Source of the DNA: the human T2T-CHM13v2.0 reference genome, Homo sapiens
NCBI RefSeq assembly: GCF_009914755.1
Contig: NC_060928.1
DNA: 64,000 bases
Direction: 5' to 3' (one strand)
The notes beneath the pieces were generated by a model. The model was not told where the DNA came from. It did no database searches and saw only the letters and a program-made list of their open reading frames with translations. The position numbers and the translations under genes are program-made. This document shows, one piece after another, positions 16,097 through 29,679 of this stretch; positions within the stretch are counted from its first letter, which is position 1; the number at the start of each line of letters is the position of its first letter.

Positions 16097-16993
16097 GTAA
16101 ATTATTCATTTGTCATTGATATGCTTTCTATCAATATCGGGAAGAAGAAAACAGCTGTTAGTGAGGAATAGACTTGCACCTACTCCAACTCTAGCTGAAT
16201 GGCTATTTCAGCTACATAAGAATAAGACTGAGCATAAAGAAAATGAGGTGAAATGTCTCAACAGTACAATTTCAAATGCCTTGGGTTAATCCTCAATCCT
16301 TAGGAAAATATTTTAGATATAAGTACTTTCCCTCTCTACTTCATATGTGATTTAAAAAATCAATAAAATCCTACAAAGAAACTATAACACAAGATTCAAA
16401 CCATTCATATAATTGTCTAATTTATGAAACTGAATAAGGAAACCTAATTATCATGTGTTATTTCAACCAATAAAATCAGCATTCTTTCTATTCTTATTCA
16501 AATTTCATTCTTAATGATCCATTATATAACAAAAGCAAATGCAGGCAGAACATTATCATGGAAACTAAAATAGTCTTTGAAGAAGGAAAATAAAATCTAT
16601 GAAAGTGTATACTTTACAAGGCTTTGACTGATGTTTATTCCTCATGAGCACAGAAGAAAATGTTTAACTAATACAGAACATTTGTATTTGGTCCTATTAA
16701 TTCATAAATAAACTCTTGTATGCTATGCCATAAGAGAAAATTACACAAATTTCAGTGTTTCTATGAATTGAGTATGCCTTTCATCCCAAATTAACTGAGA
16801 AAGATGGTCAGAGAAGCATGCATTTTGGACTAACACGTTACCTAGAATAATTTACTTAATAGGTACAGCTAATTTTACTATTATAATGTTTTCTCTCCTG
16901 TAATCACATCAGTGCTATTTTATCTACCATGTCAAAAGCTAAACATGAGGCATTCTGGCTGAGGTTTAGACTATTATTAGGTAAAGTAATCCC

Positions 16994-17209
16994 TTTTTTT
17001 TCTTGAGACGGAGTTTCGCTCTTGTTGCCCAGGCTGGAACACAGTGGCGCGATCTCGGCTCCCCGCAACCTCTGCCTCCTGGGTTCAAGCGATTTTCCAG
17101 ACCCCCAAGTAGCTGGGATTACAGGCATGCACCACCACACACGGCTAATTTTGTATTTTTAGTAGAGACAGGGTTTCTCCATGTTGGTCAGGCTGGTCTC
17201 AAACCAGCC
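16994..17209 (-). mobile_element. AluS lacking most of the left-arm 5' part
   Basis: Alu antisense consensus; gta.tcccttttt on both flanks. Confidence 0.93.
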
Positions 17210-17395
17210 TAGTATTCCCTTTTTTTTTTTAAGTGTTAATTTAAATTATCTCTTCTGAGAAAGTTCAGTTTTATAGAAAAATTAAAGGTAAGATACAAAA
17301 ACAACCAAAAAATTTTCCCCTTACAAGTTTGTTAATATGATGGCACATATTGAAATCTTCAAGTTCAATTTGATACTTAAAGAACTACTTTCTTA

Positions 17396-17737
<342 letters not shown>

Positions 17738-17835
17738 TCACATTCTAAAACTCATACTAAAACTTGACCTTTTTAAAGGCCAAAATGCTCTTTAAAAGGC
17801 TCAGAATACCTCAAAACTGTTTAAAAATCACTTAC

Positions 17836-17921
17836 CTTTCAAACCTAGAGTTTGTAGCTGGAAGAGCCGACCAAGTTCATAAGGCAAAACCCGTAACAGA
17901 TTGTTATTTAAAAGCAATTCC
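17836..17921 (-). CDS. CNOT6L: CNOT6L coding exon (exon 4, 86 nt), LRR: (R)ELLLNNNLLRVLPYELGRLFQLQTLGLK(G)
   Basis: Not in the ORF track; read manually. Poly-T tract then aaaacag|G acceptor, AAAG|gtaagt donor, phases match flanking exons. Confidence 0.96.
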
Positions 17922-19284
17922 CTGTTTTAAAAAAAAAAAAAAAATTAGTTTAATATACTAAGTTTTATTAACATCTGTATTTGCCATTCTTAAGGCTCCT
18001 TCTAACATACTATGAGTGATTGTTTATATTCAAGGCACATTTCTATGTGCTCATCCAAAAACATTGCACAATATAAAAGTACTACAAAATGTGCAATTGC
18101 CACAACTATTAACAATGGTTCTATTTCTAGGATTTACTCATTTGCTAGCTCACATTAAAGTTGGAGGTGTAGGAACTGCATATCATTCTCAGGCTAAATC
18201 TACCCCCTTTTTTCTCACCCAAAATGCCTATCAAATGCAAATGCGACAGATATCCTTAGCAGCTAAACAACAGATATCCTTGAAACTCGTCTAATTAATA
18301 GAAAAAAGTACAAATTTTTACACAAACTTCAGGAATAAACTGTAATTAGTAGCCAATCACCGGTATCTCTTTTTAAGTAACTGAATACTACTCTAATCAC
18401 ATCAAAATACTAAGAAAACAAACCAAAAATTTAATAAAAATAAAAAGAATAAGAAACAACAGGTGAAGTATATTAAAGAAGACAAAAGAAAATGTGAAAA
18501 GATGAAAAAATATACTATGATCAACAATCACTGACATGAAACATAAATATTAAAATAAAGCATAGATAGTACAGACAAGAATAGGATAGCATAAATAAGA
18601 TCTAACTTTATGATTGTGAAATTTTGAGCAGCCTATAGGAAAAAAATAGCATCCTCATTAGTGGATGACCAAAAGTAAAAAAAGCAAGTAAAGGATAGTG
18701 AAGAACAAGATTTTAAAACAATATGTTTAAACACGTGACAGCAATTTTTAAAAATTATTACTCAACAGATAATCATTGGAAACATTTAGATAAGATCTTA
18801 AGATTCCTGCAAAATTTTTTTAGAATTTCTTTAGGGAATTTTTAAAGAATCCCTAAAAATTAGAAATAAATCCATTTCATCAGGTTTTAAGGTTTCCTTA
18901 AGGAGCTGTATTATGAAATATAAATATTCTTTGACTCATATAATAGAGATATGTTCTTGTAAGTTTTATTCATCAGCAAATCTTCATTTTTCAAGTACTT
19001 CTAATCAGTCTTATCATATTGGATAATGAGACTTACTATTTTAGCCCCACCCCACCTCAAGTTTGTCAAGGAAACTGGTAATACAAGCACACTCTAATTC
19101 AGGAACCTCCAAATTTAAAGGAAAAGAAATGTTCAACGGAGGCCAACTCAAGCACTATGCTTAGACAGTTTATATAATTTGATAGTTACAACACACAGAA
19201 ATCCTACTGTAATAAAGTAACATCCCCTCATTTTCTTAAATTTAGAATTTTATATAGTGAGTCATGTCTGTTTTATTTCCTCAC

Positions 19285-19471
19285 CTGAGAGACACCATGT
19301 TTCCTAGTTCTGCTGGTAAACTTCTGAGTTTATTGGATGACAGATCCAGGTAAACCAGATTATGAAGCTTGGCAATATCAGGTGGAATGCGACTAAGGTA
19401 ATTGTCATTTAGGTGCAGCGCTGTCAAGTGTGTCAATGACCAAAGTGATGTACTTAGGCTCCGCACTCTAC
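19285..19471 (-). CDS. CNOT6L: CNOT6L coding exon (exon 3, 187 nt), leucine-rich repeats
   Basis: Acceptor gccttttag|GT, donor CTCAG|gtgagg. Phase 1 in, phase 2 out. RVRSLSTSLWSLTHLTALHLNDNYLSRIPPDIAKLHNLVYLDLSSNKLRSLPAELGNMVSL shows LxxLxLxxNxL repeats. Confidence 0.97.
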
Positions 19472-19747
19472 CTAAAAGGCAAAATACTGAAGTGTAAAAA
19501 AAAACCCCAGGCCCAAGATGACACCTAAACTACAACGACTGAAAAGTGGTAAGAGAGGCTGCAAATACACATGGATATTGTATCTCTGACATTTTAATTT
19601 TTTATTTAATGCCATTTGATTGCTTCCAAACACACCTGGCCCTCCTTTACGTTCATGCCACTTTCACCTGACAACCACTCTTTCTCAAGAACCTTCTATG
19701 TATTAAATGAGAAGTGGCAAAATGTGGAAACCCTTGGAGTTTAACTG

Positions 19748-19952
19748 AGTAGTTCTCAACCAGAGGCAATTTTGTTTCCTCAAAGGATTTTGGAATGCCT
19801 GGAGACATTTTTGGTTGCCACAACTGAAGGGGTACTACTGCTATCTAGTGAGTAGAGGCCAGAAATGCTACTAAATATCCTACAATGCACACAACAGGCC
19901 TCCACTATTATCCAGCTCAAAGTGTCAGTAGTGCCAAGGCTAAGAAACCCTA
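19748..19952 (+). mobile_element. MER20 (hAT-Charlie) DNA transposon fossil
   Basis: agtagttctcaacc ... ggagacatttttggttg.cacaactg ... atctagtgagtagaggccag ... gagaaaccct-like end. Confidence 0.8.
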
Positions 19953-20164
19953 GATTAACTTAGTAAGATCTGCTCATATTCATTCTTTTGACTACCAATC
20001 ATCCATCCACCCAGTTACCTTTTAGCTAAATGTGCAAGTAATTCTTGCTATTGACATTACAATGTGGGGTTTAACTCTTCCAAATGAATGCCTACTGGGG
20101 AAAAAATGGCATTTTATATATAATCTGTATTATACCAATTCATAAAAGAAAAATACTTATATTC

Positions 20165-20590
20165 TATTTTTAATAACTTTAAATTTTGTAATAATTTTAG
20201 ATTTACAGAAAAGTTACCAAGATAACACAGAGAGTTCCTATATACCCCTCCTTCAGCTTCCCTAACATTAGAATCTACATCATCACCATGGTACATTTGT
20301 CAAAACTAGGAAACCAACACTGGTGCATTACTACTAATTAAACTCTAGACTTTACTTGGATTTCACCAGTTTTTATACCTTTTTGTTCCAGATTCAACGC
20401 AGGCTACCATTTTGCATTTAGTTACCTCTCCTCAGTCTCCTCTGGTCTGTGACAGTTTCAGCCTTTGTTTTACATGACCGTGACAATTTTGAGTATTAAT
20501 CAAGTTAGGTATTTTGCACAAGGTCCTTTAGCTTGAGTTTGTCTGATGTTTTTCTCATTATTAGACTGGAATTATGAGTTTTTAGGAATC
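20165..20590 (-). mobile_element. L1MC/MD 3' end fragment
   Basis: ttttagatttacagaaaagtt..aagata..acagagagttcc.atataccc. Confidence 0.7.
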
Positions 20591-21025
20591 ACATTCTATT
20601 TTACCAAATCCTAAACAGGTATTAAGGTCCTGTAACACAGTTATTATATATTTATTAGAATAAATAGCTTCCAGGTTTCCTTCTTTGCCGACACTGAGAT
20701 AGGAGGATGGCAAAGATTTCAATTTGCAAAAATAATTACTCTGAAATAGCCTAAACAAAATCTATTATATCAAAGAAACTGGTTTTACTTAGAAACTAAA
20801 CTCCCCATATCCTCAATTCCAGATGCTTGCTCAATGTAATTAATCTCAAAAAATGGAAACAAAGATATTCAGTCACACATAAAACAGAAAACACTAGTAT
20901 CTTACCATCTTGTAGTTTTTCAATGAGTCCATCTAATTAAAAATGTACAACAAAAAATATAGCAATACTCAACTTTTGTATTATCACTATTACATTCCAG
21001 ATTAAATGCTTCAGATTCCACTCAC

Positions 21026-21147
21026 CCGAGATTTCTAATTCTGCCCAGTGAGATTTTTTCCCATTGGCTACCTCCTCTGCTGACATGATGGTATAAATTC
21101 TGCGAGGATCTGGAGGATCATATTTTTCCTTTGGCATCCCTATTAGT
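21026..21147 (-). CDS. CNOT6L: CNOT6L coding exon (exon 2, 122 nt): (R)LIGMPKEKYDPPDPRRIYTIMSAEEVANGKKSHWAELEIS(G)
   Basis: Acceptor (t)13aaacag|A at 21148/21147, donor TCGG|gtgagt at 21026/21025. Peptide recognised as the CNOT6L N-terminus (YDPPDPRRIY and SAEEVANG distinguish it from CNOT6). Internal ATG at 21137-21135. Confidence 0.97.
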
Positions 21148-21629
21148 CTGTTTAAAAAAAAAAAAGGAGGAGATCAATAATTATTATAGTCTTACTTTAA
21201 AAAAAGAGAAAATAGGATGGTAAACTCCTTTTCTCTCCCATTACCAGTCTAGTAAGTCATTTTATACTACAAATTCTCACTTGCAGAAAAAGAAAACACA
21301 CACATTATCTGCAGTATGCTAGGATCTTGCAGGAACTCATTATCAGATGCCTAAGGGAAAATGCAAATAAGCAACAGCACTGGACTTTGCAATGAACATT
21401 ATGGTTGCTTCCTAACTCCTTCCCTTCATTTAGCTGCACTGCTTTCCCACACAGCAGTTTCGTGAATGGACTCTGACTAGTCTAAGAGAATAAGGTAATT
21501 CTATCCTCCTTTCCTCAGTGATATTCAGATATCCCATGCCTAAGACAATCAGCACATGACATTCCCCTTGCAGAGATTTAGTTCAGGAGTATCTAATAAT
21601 CACAAAACCGCAGAACTCATTCTATGTTT

Positions 21630-21907
21630 ATAGGAGAAGCAGGCTTCTCTCTCCTGCTGGTCATAAACAAAGAAGAATACAGCCCAAATTGCTGCTGGCA
21701 GCCACGCAACAACGATAAGGAAAGTCAGCCATGGAAGGCAGAGTCTGGAAAACAGAAAAACAAAGGCAGGGTCCTCACTGAATGACACCTGTAGCACACC
21801 CAAATACTGGCCTTTTCTGATACACAAGCCAATATAGTTCTCTTACTGTTTAAGCTACTTTGAATTGTGTTTTCTGTTACTAGTAATCAAAAGTGTCCTA
21901 ATTAGTA
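21630..21907 (+). mobile_element. MLT1-type MaLR LTR fragment
   Basis: 3' end tgtttaagctactttgaattgtgttttctgttactagtaatcaaaag resembles MLT1 consensus. Confidence 0.55.
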
Positions 21908-21919
21908 TGAGTACATATC

Positions 21920-22100
21920 TTAGTTTGCCTGGGTCAGTCTTGGTTTATATCTGTTGTTCTGAAGCAATTATTATTATCATCCCTTTTCATGCTCAAAAGA
22001 GTCCAATTTGGATGAGTTACATGGCCACCCTAATCAAAACTAGCACAGTCATGTGTGGTTTAACAAAGACATGTTCTGAGAAATGCATTGTTAGGCAATC
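21920..22100. mobile_element. MER94-like hAT fragment followed by a Tigger3/MER47-like fragment
   Basis: gtttgcctgggtcagtcttggtttata ... atggccacccta; then cagtcatgtgt ... ttctgagaaatgcattgttaggcaat. Confidence 0.5.
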
Positions 22101-23160
22101 CAAACGTTGTTATGCAGCACATAACTATACTGTGCCATCTTCCTGCTATAACTGCCAAAATAATCACTGAACAATCATCAATGATGACCAGCTAGACATA
22201 AAACTCATCAAATGTGCTATGTATGAAGTAGGTGACAAATGGCTCTAAAGGTAACCTTATTCAAGGGGTCCAATATAAGAAGTACTGCTTGGTACTAGAC
22301 AGAAAATAAAATCCAGTTCATATCTAACAAGAATAGCAAATGACACAATGTCCTGAGCCTAAATTAAACTCCTGCATGCTTTCAATAAATTGCCACATAG
22401 TATTTATATTGGGTTCTTTGCTCATATATTAACATATATACACACACCCCAAAACCAAGTGTCTGAATCTGGAACTGTTTCCAAGTAAAGTTTAGAACTT
22501 ATATCCCAAATTGAAGAGTTGCTTTCAGGTCATCTGAAATTTGTAACATATAGAGATTAAAGAAAAAAGAGATATTCTATCATGTAATAAGAAATCAAAA
22601 AGCTAGTTTATAAGAATGCAATCAAAGTTTCCCATACTATCACTTTCTCTCACATTTCTAAAGGGAAAATAGTCATTCCTTTCCACTTACTTAAAGGAGC
22701 AAAGAGAAAGTTTTCCATATCTGTTCATATGTTAACAGTAATTAGTTTCCAACTTTCCAGGTTAAGCTCTTCAACTCTAATCTTACACAATTTGGGCGAT
22801 GCTAAACCGTATTTTATTTTCCATAAATGTCTTAGAACTTCATATAGCACAAAGAATATGATCATTTTCCGCAGGAGAAAAATTTGATTTCTACCATATT
22901 CAGCCTATATATAATACTTCTGAAAATAAAGTTTTTAGGTAACAAGGTTTTCAGAATTTCTGCTGGACACCATAAGGCACACATGTCTCTTTGGGTACTT
23001 TTGGGTAATAATAAAAGAGTCTACAAAAAAATACAAGATTAAGCAAAGCCAAATCAAATAGATCTAGATCCAAAGACACACTACATAATTCATTACCTAC
23101 AATGAGAATGGGTAAAACACCCTAAATTTTCAAAAACATAGGTTTCACTAATTTTAGATC

Positions 23161-23487
23161 TTTTTTTTTTTTGAGACGGAGTTTTGCTCTGTCGCCCAGG
23201 CTGGAGGGCAGTGGCGTGATCTCGAGATCTCGACTCACTGCAACCTCTGCCTCCCAGGTTCAAGTGATTCTCCTGCCTCAGCCTCCTGAGTAGCTGAGGT
23301 TACGGGCGCGTGTCACCACGCCTGGCTAATGTTTGTATTTTTAGTAGAGATGGGGGTTTCACCACGTTGGTCAAGCTGGTCTCGAACTCCTGACCTTGTG
23401 ATCCGCCCGCCTTGGCCTCCCAAAGTGCTGGGATTACAGGCATCCCAAAGTGCTGGGATTACAGGCGTGAGCCACGGCACCCAGCCC
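23161..23487 (-). mobile_element. AluS with internal 25-bp duplication
   Basis: Alu antisense consensus; TSD aattttagatc. Confidence 0.95.
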
Positions 23488-23519
23488 AATTTTAGATCAT
23501 TTTTATAAAACACAGGGCA

Positions 23520-23877
<358 letters not shown>

Positions 23878-24436
23878 TTAATCACGGCTCCCACTAGATG
23901 GTATGTTCCTTAAGGGGACTATGTTTCTGTGTGGAGGCATATTCTTTTTATATCTCTATACAGTTCCCGCCACATAGGAAGCACATAACATGTATTTGTG
24001 GAATGATCAATGATCATATGCTTTATAATCCTAAAATCTGCCACCTTCCTCCCTTCCTACTCATCTCACAGCCAATTAACACCCAATGCTTTTCTAAAAA
24101 TTGATACAAAGAAATGGTAATTTATCCACATGTTCAATTTTCCCAGATATTTTTAAAATCTAAATAGAAAATTAATAATTACCATCTTTTCTGGTGCTCC
24201 AATTCTAATCTCTAAAACAGATATTATATAGAACTAGATTTCTATTTTTTAATTCTTCATGTTTCAATCTTTGTAAGTCCATTAAAATTATGAAATCTCT
24301 TCCTTAAAAAAAAAAGCTCCATAAAATGTTTACCAATATCTATAATATGTAAAAACCAAAGTAAGATCAATACTGCCATATTAGGGGTCAGAGGTCTCTT
24401 TTGGATTTGATTAGGATGCCAATAAAAATGACCAAA

Positions 24437-24738
<302 letters not shown>

Positions 24739-25574
24739 CAGAGAACTCAATTTCAGGAAATTAACATTATTAAACCTTTCCATTCAGCTTTATTTTCCCC
24801 TCTCAGGTCTCGGCATCAACTTTCCACCTTGTAGGCATACCACAAAAATCTATTTCAAAATAACTTAAAATTATGAAATAAATTATTCAAATGTAATTTA
24901 AATCTCTAAATGTGACACTGCTCATGTGGCTTCAAACAGTCTCATATACAGCTCAGTTCAAGACTTAAATACTGAGTGATTAACATTTTTCATCCAAGAA
25001 AGAGAAATGTTTTATTTGGGAAAACACAGCACAGTTAATTTCTTATCTTTAATTTCAAACTAATGAAGAGGCAGGTTTTTGAATTAGTTTTTCCAAGAGT
25101 TTCTAATTTCTACAACAACTTACATAGATTCTCAAAAGATCCTCCCATTACATCAACCAAATTTATACTGGGAATCCTGATTACATAACAAAGCCTGTTA
25201 GCAACACCTTTCCAACTTTGCCATCTAACTCCATTTCAACAGTACGAAAAACACTCCACTTAGTTTCCCAAATACTACACAAGCTGCTTTGAGTCTGCCA
25301 TCCATTCACTCTTTATTTCTTAGCGTGTCTCCTACAAAGGCCTCAGAGACTCTGAGTAAAATTTCTGAGAGTAACCATCAGTCCTAGATAAGGAACCCGA
25401 TTTTCTCCTACTTCTTATATACTCCTTACATTAAAAAGTTTTAATCTCCATCACCAAAGGCTGATTAAACACTACCACAGGGTGAAGACTTTAATAAATT
25501 TGTCTTTGGTTCTATTAAACAAAAGCTTCAGATAAATCTGTAAAATACTGACTTCATAGGAAACGTATTTCAAA

Positions 25575-25740
25575 GCTGGGCACAGCAGTATACTCCTGTG
25601 GTCCCACCTAGTTGGGTGGCTGAGGTGGAGGGATCGCTTGCAGCTAGGAGTTCAAGGCCATTGTGCACTATAATCACACCTCTGAATAGCCACTGCACTC
25701 TAGCCTGGGCAACACAGCAAGACCCTGCCTCTAAAAAACA
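25575..25740 (+). mobile_element. FAM (fossil Alu monomer, 7SL-derived)
   Basis: Monomer retaining the 7SL segment tgaatagccactgcactc. Confidence 0.8.
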
Positions 25741-25748
25741 TAAAAAAA

Positions 25749-26130
25749 CATGCAGCCATAAAAAAGAGTGAGTTCATGTTCTTTGCAGGGACATGGATGA
25801 AGCTGGAAGCCATCATTCCCAGCAAACTAACACAGGAACAGAAAACCAAACACTGCATGTTCTCACTCCTAAGTGGGAGATGAACAATGAGAACACATGG
25901 ACACAGGGAGGGGAATATCACACACCAGGGCCTGTCAGGGGGTAGGGGGCAAGGGGAGGGAGAGCATTAGGACACACACCTAATGGATGCAGGGGTTAAA
26001 ACCTAGATGACGGGTTGATAGGTGCAACAAACCACTATGGGACATACATACCTATGTAACAAACCTGCATGTTCTGTACATGTATCCCAGAACTTAAAGT
26101 AAAATTTTAAAAAACATTAAAAATAAAAAA
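25749..26130 (+). mobile_element. 5'-truncated L1PA 3' end inserted in the tail of a fossil Alu monomer
   Basis: gcagccataaaaaaga.tgagttcatg..ctttgcagggacatggatgaagctggaa ... tatcccagaacttaaagt; aaaaaacat repeated on both sides. Confidence 0.92.
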
Positions 26131-27088
26131 TATTTAATGTATTTTAGGGGGTTTTTGTATTTTAGTTTTTTAATTTATAAGCAATATTATATGTAACGCT
26201 AGGTCTGCTTTGCACAGAAAAATTTAAATTTAGAGTTTCCAAAACTGCAAATAAATCTACGTAACATGCTATTTCAATGAAAGGTATATTTTAAAACTAC
26301 ATATGAAATACATACAAATATACTATTGTTAACCCCAAATCTCAAGTTTTATATGTAGCACTAGGAAAATAAAGTAGCATAACTCCCCCTGAAAAAACAA
26401 GCTGGCCAAATCAGGGCAAACTGGTAAAAGCTAGAACTAAGCTTCTGTAAATACTGGTCATCTAAAGTAGCTTACAAAAAACAGATGCCTCTATAGCGTA
26501 TGTAAAGATGTAAGTCCTATAGTGTTAAATTACAGTTTCTCTCTTATCACCCTAAGTGTAAGGTCATTTTATCTCAGTCTGTAGTTTGGCACAATTAATG
26601 TTATTTCATTTAGGATTCAGACTAAAAATCCTACAAGCACCAGAGTGCTTCATAATGAATCAGACTGCTAACTCAATGAAATCTCACCCAAAATACAAAT
26701 CACTAATCATCTCAACAATAGTTTGCAAAATCAATCACAGGCAGAGACACAGATGCTGGCAGAGTTCCTAAAATTGAAAAAACACAAAATTAAGCCTATA
26801 TGAGGCTTAATTTAGAGTTCAGAGTAAATATCAATAACTTATTCCATTTTACACATTCTCATATAAATCTGTCTTATATTGGCATTTATTCCCAAAAGTT
26901 ACGGAAGGGAAAACATGTTTTTTTGTGTCTTACTACATACTCATCTTAATAAATAACTATCCTTCCCATCTGGTCTTAACCATTATGAGCTCCCTTCCTG
27001 AGAAAATGTGTCTGTGTTTATCTTGCTTAACAAAGCAAATAACTCTTGCACTGTGCCATTTTTGAAGTTTCTATTTCCTTATCAATAT

Positions 27089-27531
27089 CTTTTTTGTTGT
27101 TGTTGTTTTTAGACAAGGTCTCACTCTGTCACCTAGGCTGGAGGACAGTGGTACAATCATAGCTCATTGCAAGCTTGAAATCCTAGGATGAAGTGGTCCT
27201 CCCTCCTCAGACTCCCCAGTAGCTGGGACTACAGGCACATGTTATCACACCCAGCTAATTTTATTTTATTTTTTTTTTTTAGTAGAGACAAGGTTTCACT
27301 ATGTTGCCCAAGCTGGTCTTGAACTCCTGCCCTCAAGACATCCTCCTGCCTTGGCCTCCCAGTGCTACTAGGATTACAGGCATGAGCCACAGTGCCTAGC
27401 CTTTTTTTTTTTTTTTAAAGAGACAGTGTCTACCTATGTTGCCCAGCCTGGCCTCAAACTCCTGGGCTCAAGCAATCCTCCTGCCTCAGCCTCCCAAGTA
27501 GCTAGGACTACAGGTGTCACCACTACAACCA
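27089..27531 (-). mobile_element. AluJ plus adjacent Alu monomer
   Basis: Alu antisense consensus 27089-27401, monomer 27402-27531. Confidence 0.9.
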
Positions 27532-29259
27532 ACTATAGTATTTATTTTTAACTATACACAACTATTAATCATTACAACTGTCATACTAAATTTGTACTTC
27601 ACCTGAATGGGATAAGCAGCTGATACTACAAAAACTGCCCCTAGCAAACTATACTGCATATAGTAAGATCATATTGACAAAATTAAAGATTGATGGCAAT
27701 CACAAGAGCTTAAATGATGCCCTGGGATAAAGAACAATTTCATTAGCAACCCCATTCCATTTCCATACCAAAGGCCTGTGGATGGCATTTGTCTTTCTTT
27801 AATTATACATTCAACTAAAGTCCATAGATTATAAAATAATGCAAACATTTTTTTAAAAAAGACTTAATTCCAAGTGTTCATGACATCTCCAGCTCTGTGA
27901 CCACTCAAAAAAAAAAAAAAAAAAAAAAACACATGTTTTATAATGGCAAAGTCACTCATCATTATTGAAAAAAATAACCTTCAGACTTTTGAAGTCTAAT
28001 GTTTCTGACCAGTTTAACATTTATTCAAGAAATATTTATTGCATGCCTATTCCTTACGACATTTACTGTACCAAGCACTAGGGTGCTTCAATAGTGAACA
28101 AGTTGGACATTGTCCTTACCCGCATGGAGCATATACTGTTTTCACAGCACTACTTGAAAAAGAAAAGCTATACAGTATTTTGCTTTTCAATAATTCTGCA
28201 AGGAATTTGGCATTTCTTGTTACTACTTCCTTTTTCTCCCTCATCAGGTAGTTGCATTGTTCTCTACTGTCACTACTCTAAAATAAGTAGAACAACTAAA
28301 GGGAAAATAAAACATCCTTATCACAAAGGATGAGGGTGATGAATAACCGATAACCTCTGGCATGGTCAAGAATAGGTGGAGAGAACAGAGTTCCCAGGAC
28401 AAGAATGAGAAGTTTTAAATGGCCTAATATTGGGGAATGGGACTGAAGATAATAAGTTAAACACATACTAGTACATTTAACTTAAGATGATAGCAACTGG
28501 TTTCCTAAATCAGTGATAATATTCTTTTCTACAATCCTTGCTAGCAAACCAAATAATTAGATAACCCAAGGAACAAGGAAATACTTGGATTCAATATGTT
28601 TTATTTCTAGTCAGTTTATTCTTGGGGCTCTATTTATTAAATATATTAAATTTATTAAATATATTAATATTTAATATATTAAATATATCTCAAGTCAAAC
28701 ACTAGTTATCTGTGCAAATAAAATGCATAGGCATATGTGGCAATAAAGTCCCTAGATGAATATGAGAAAACGTTATTGGTTGTTATACATCTTTCCAAAG
28801 GTAATCCGAAGATAACTTTACGGCAATCCAGAGATAACTTACAGGAAGCTTCTGGCTCTGGAAAGCGATGAGGGCATAGTCTAATCGTCAGTTACAGTAC
28901 TACCAGGAGGAAATAAAGGAGAAAGAAATCGAATACAATTCCTTTTCTGCATATTTAAAACTTTTTCCCATATCTGAGATACAAGACAACAGCAGCAGCA
29001 ACAACATGAAACATACATAAATACTAAAATAAAAAACAGAGACCAGACCTGGGGTTATAAATCAATCACTTCAAAATTTCAAAAATAATGCTACTATAGA
29101 CATGTTTCATTTTATTTCATTATCAATATGGACAACTTAAGCTTATGATTTTCCTCCCAGAATTCCAAATTAAGTCTTAGTCTCCACCTAACAATTACAA
29201 TGCTTTAATGCCTTGCATTTAATGCCTCCTACTCATCTAAAGATACTGAATATAATCTA

Positions 29260-29542
29260 TTTTTTTTTTTTTTTGAGACTAGGTCTCACTTTATCACCCA
29301 GGCTGGAGTGCAGTGTGGTGCAGCCTCAACCTCCTGGGTTCAAGTGATCCTCTCACCTCAGTCGTCTGAGTACCGAGGACTACAGGTGCACGCCACCACC
29401 ATCCAGCTAATCTTTGTATTTTTTTGTAGAGATGGGTTTCACCATGTTGCCCAGGCTGGTCTTGAACTCCTGGCCCAAGTGATCTGCCCACCTCAGCCTC
29501 CCAAAGTGCTGGAATTACAGGTATGAGCCACTGCACCCAGCC
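29260..29542 (-). mobile_element. AluJ
   Basis: Alu antisense consensus with short deletion. Confidence 0.92.
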
Positions 29543-29679
29543 TTCTTTCCACTTTTTTGATTTAGTTTCTGTTTTCTTTCTCCTCTGATACGTACATTTT
29601 CATCTTTTTTAATGAGTATCAACTTCCTTTTCATCATTCTTGGCTTAAGTCATCTTTTACCTCTTCTTCTGTATATTTC

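Noticed and set aside
20937-21025. C-terminal part of ORF 20937..21137 (EWNLKHLIW...)
   Set aside because: Intron read-through past the exon 2 donor at 21025.
21026-21147. Assignment to paralogue CNOT6 or a processed pseudogene
   Set aside because: Residues match CNOT6L and the exons are separated by canonical introns with intact frames.
25575-26130. Possible 7SL/Alu-L1 template-switch chimera
   Set aside because: The monomer has its own A tail and the younger L1PA is bracketed by aaaaaacat, fitting a later insertion into the tail.
28631-28690. AT-only quasi-palindromic stretch
   Set aside because: Low complexity; self-complementarity is trivial.
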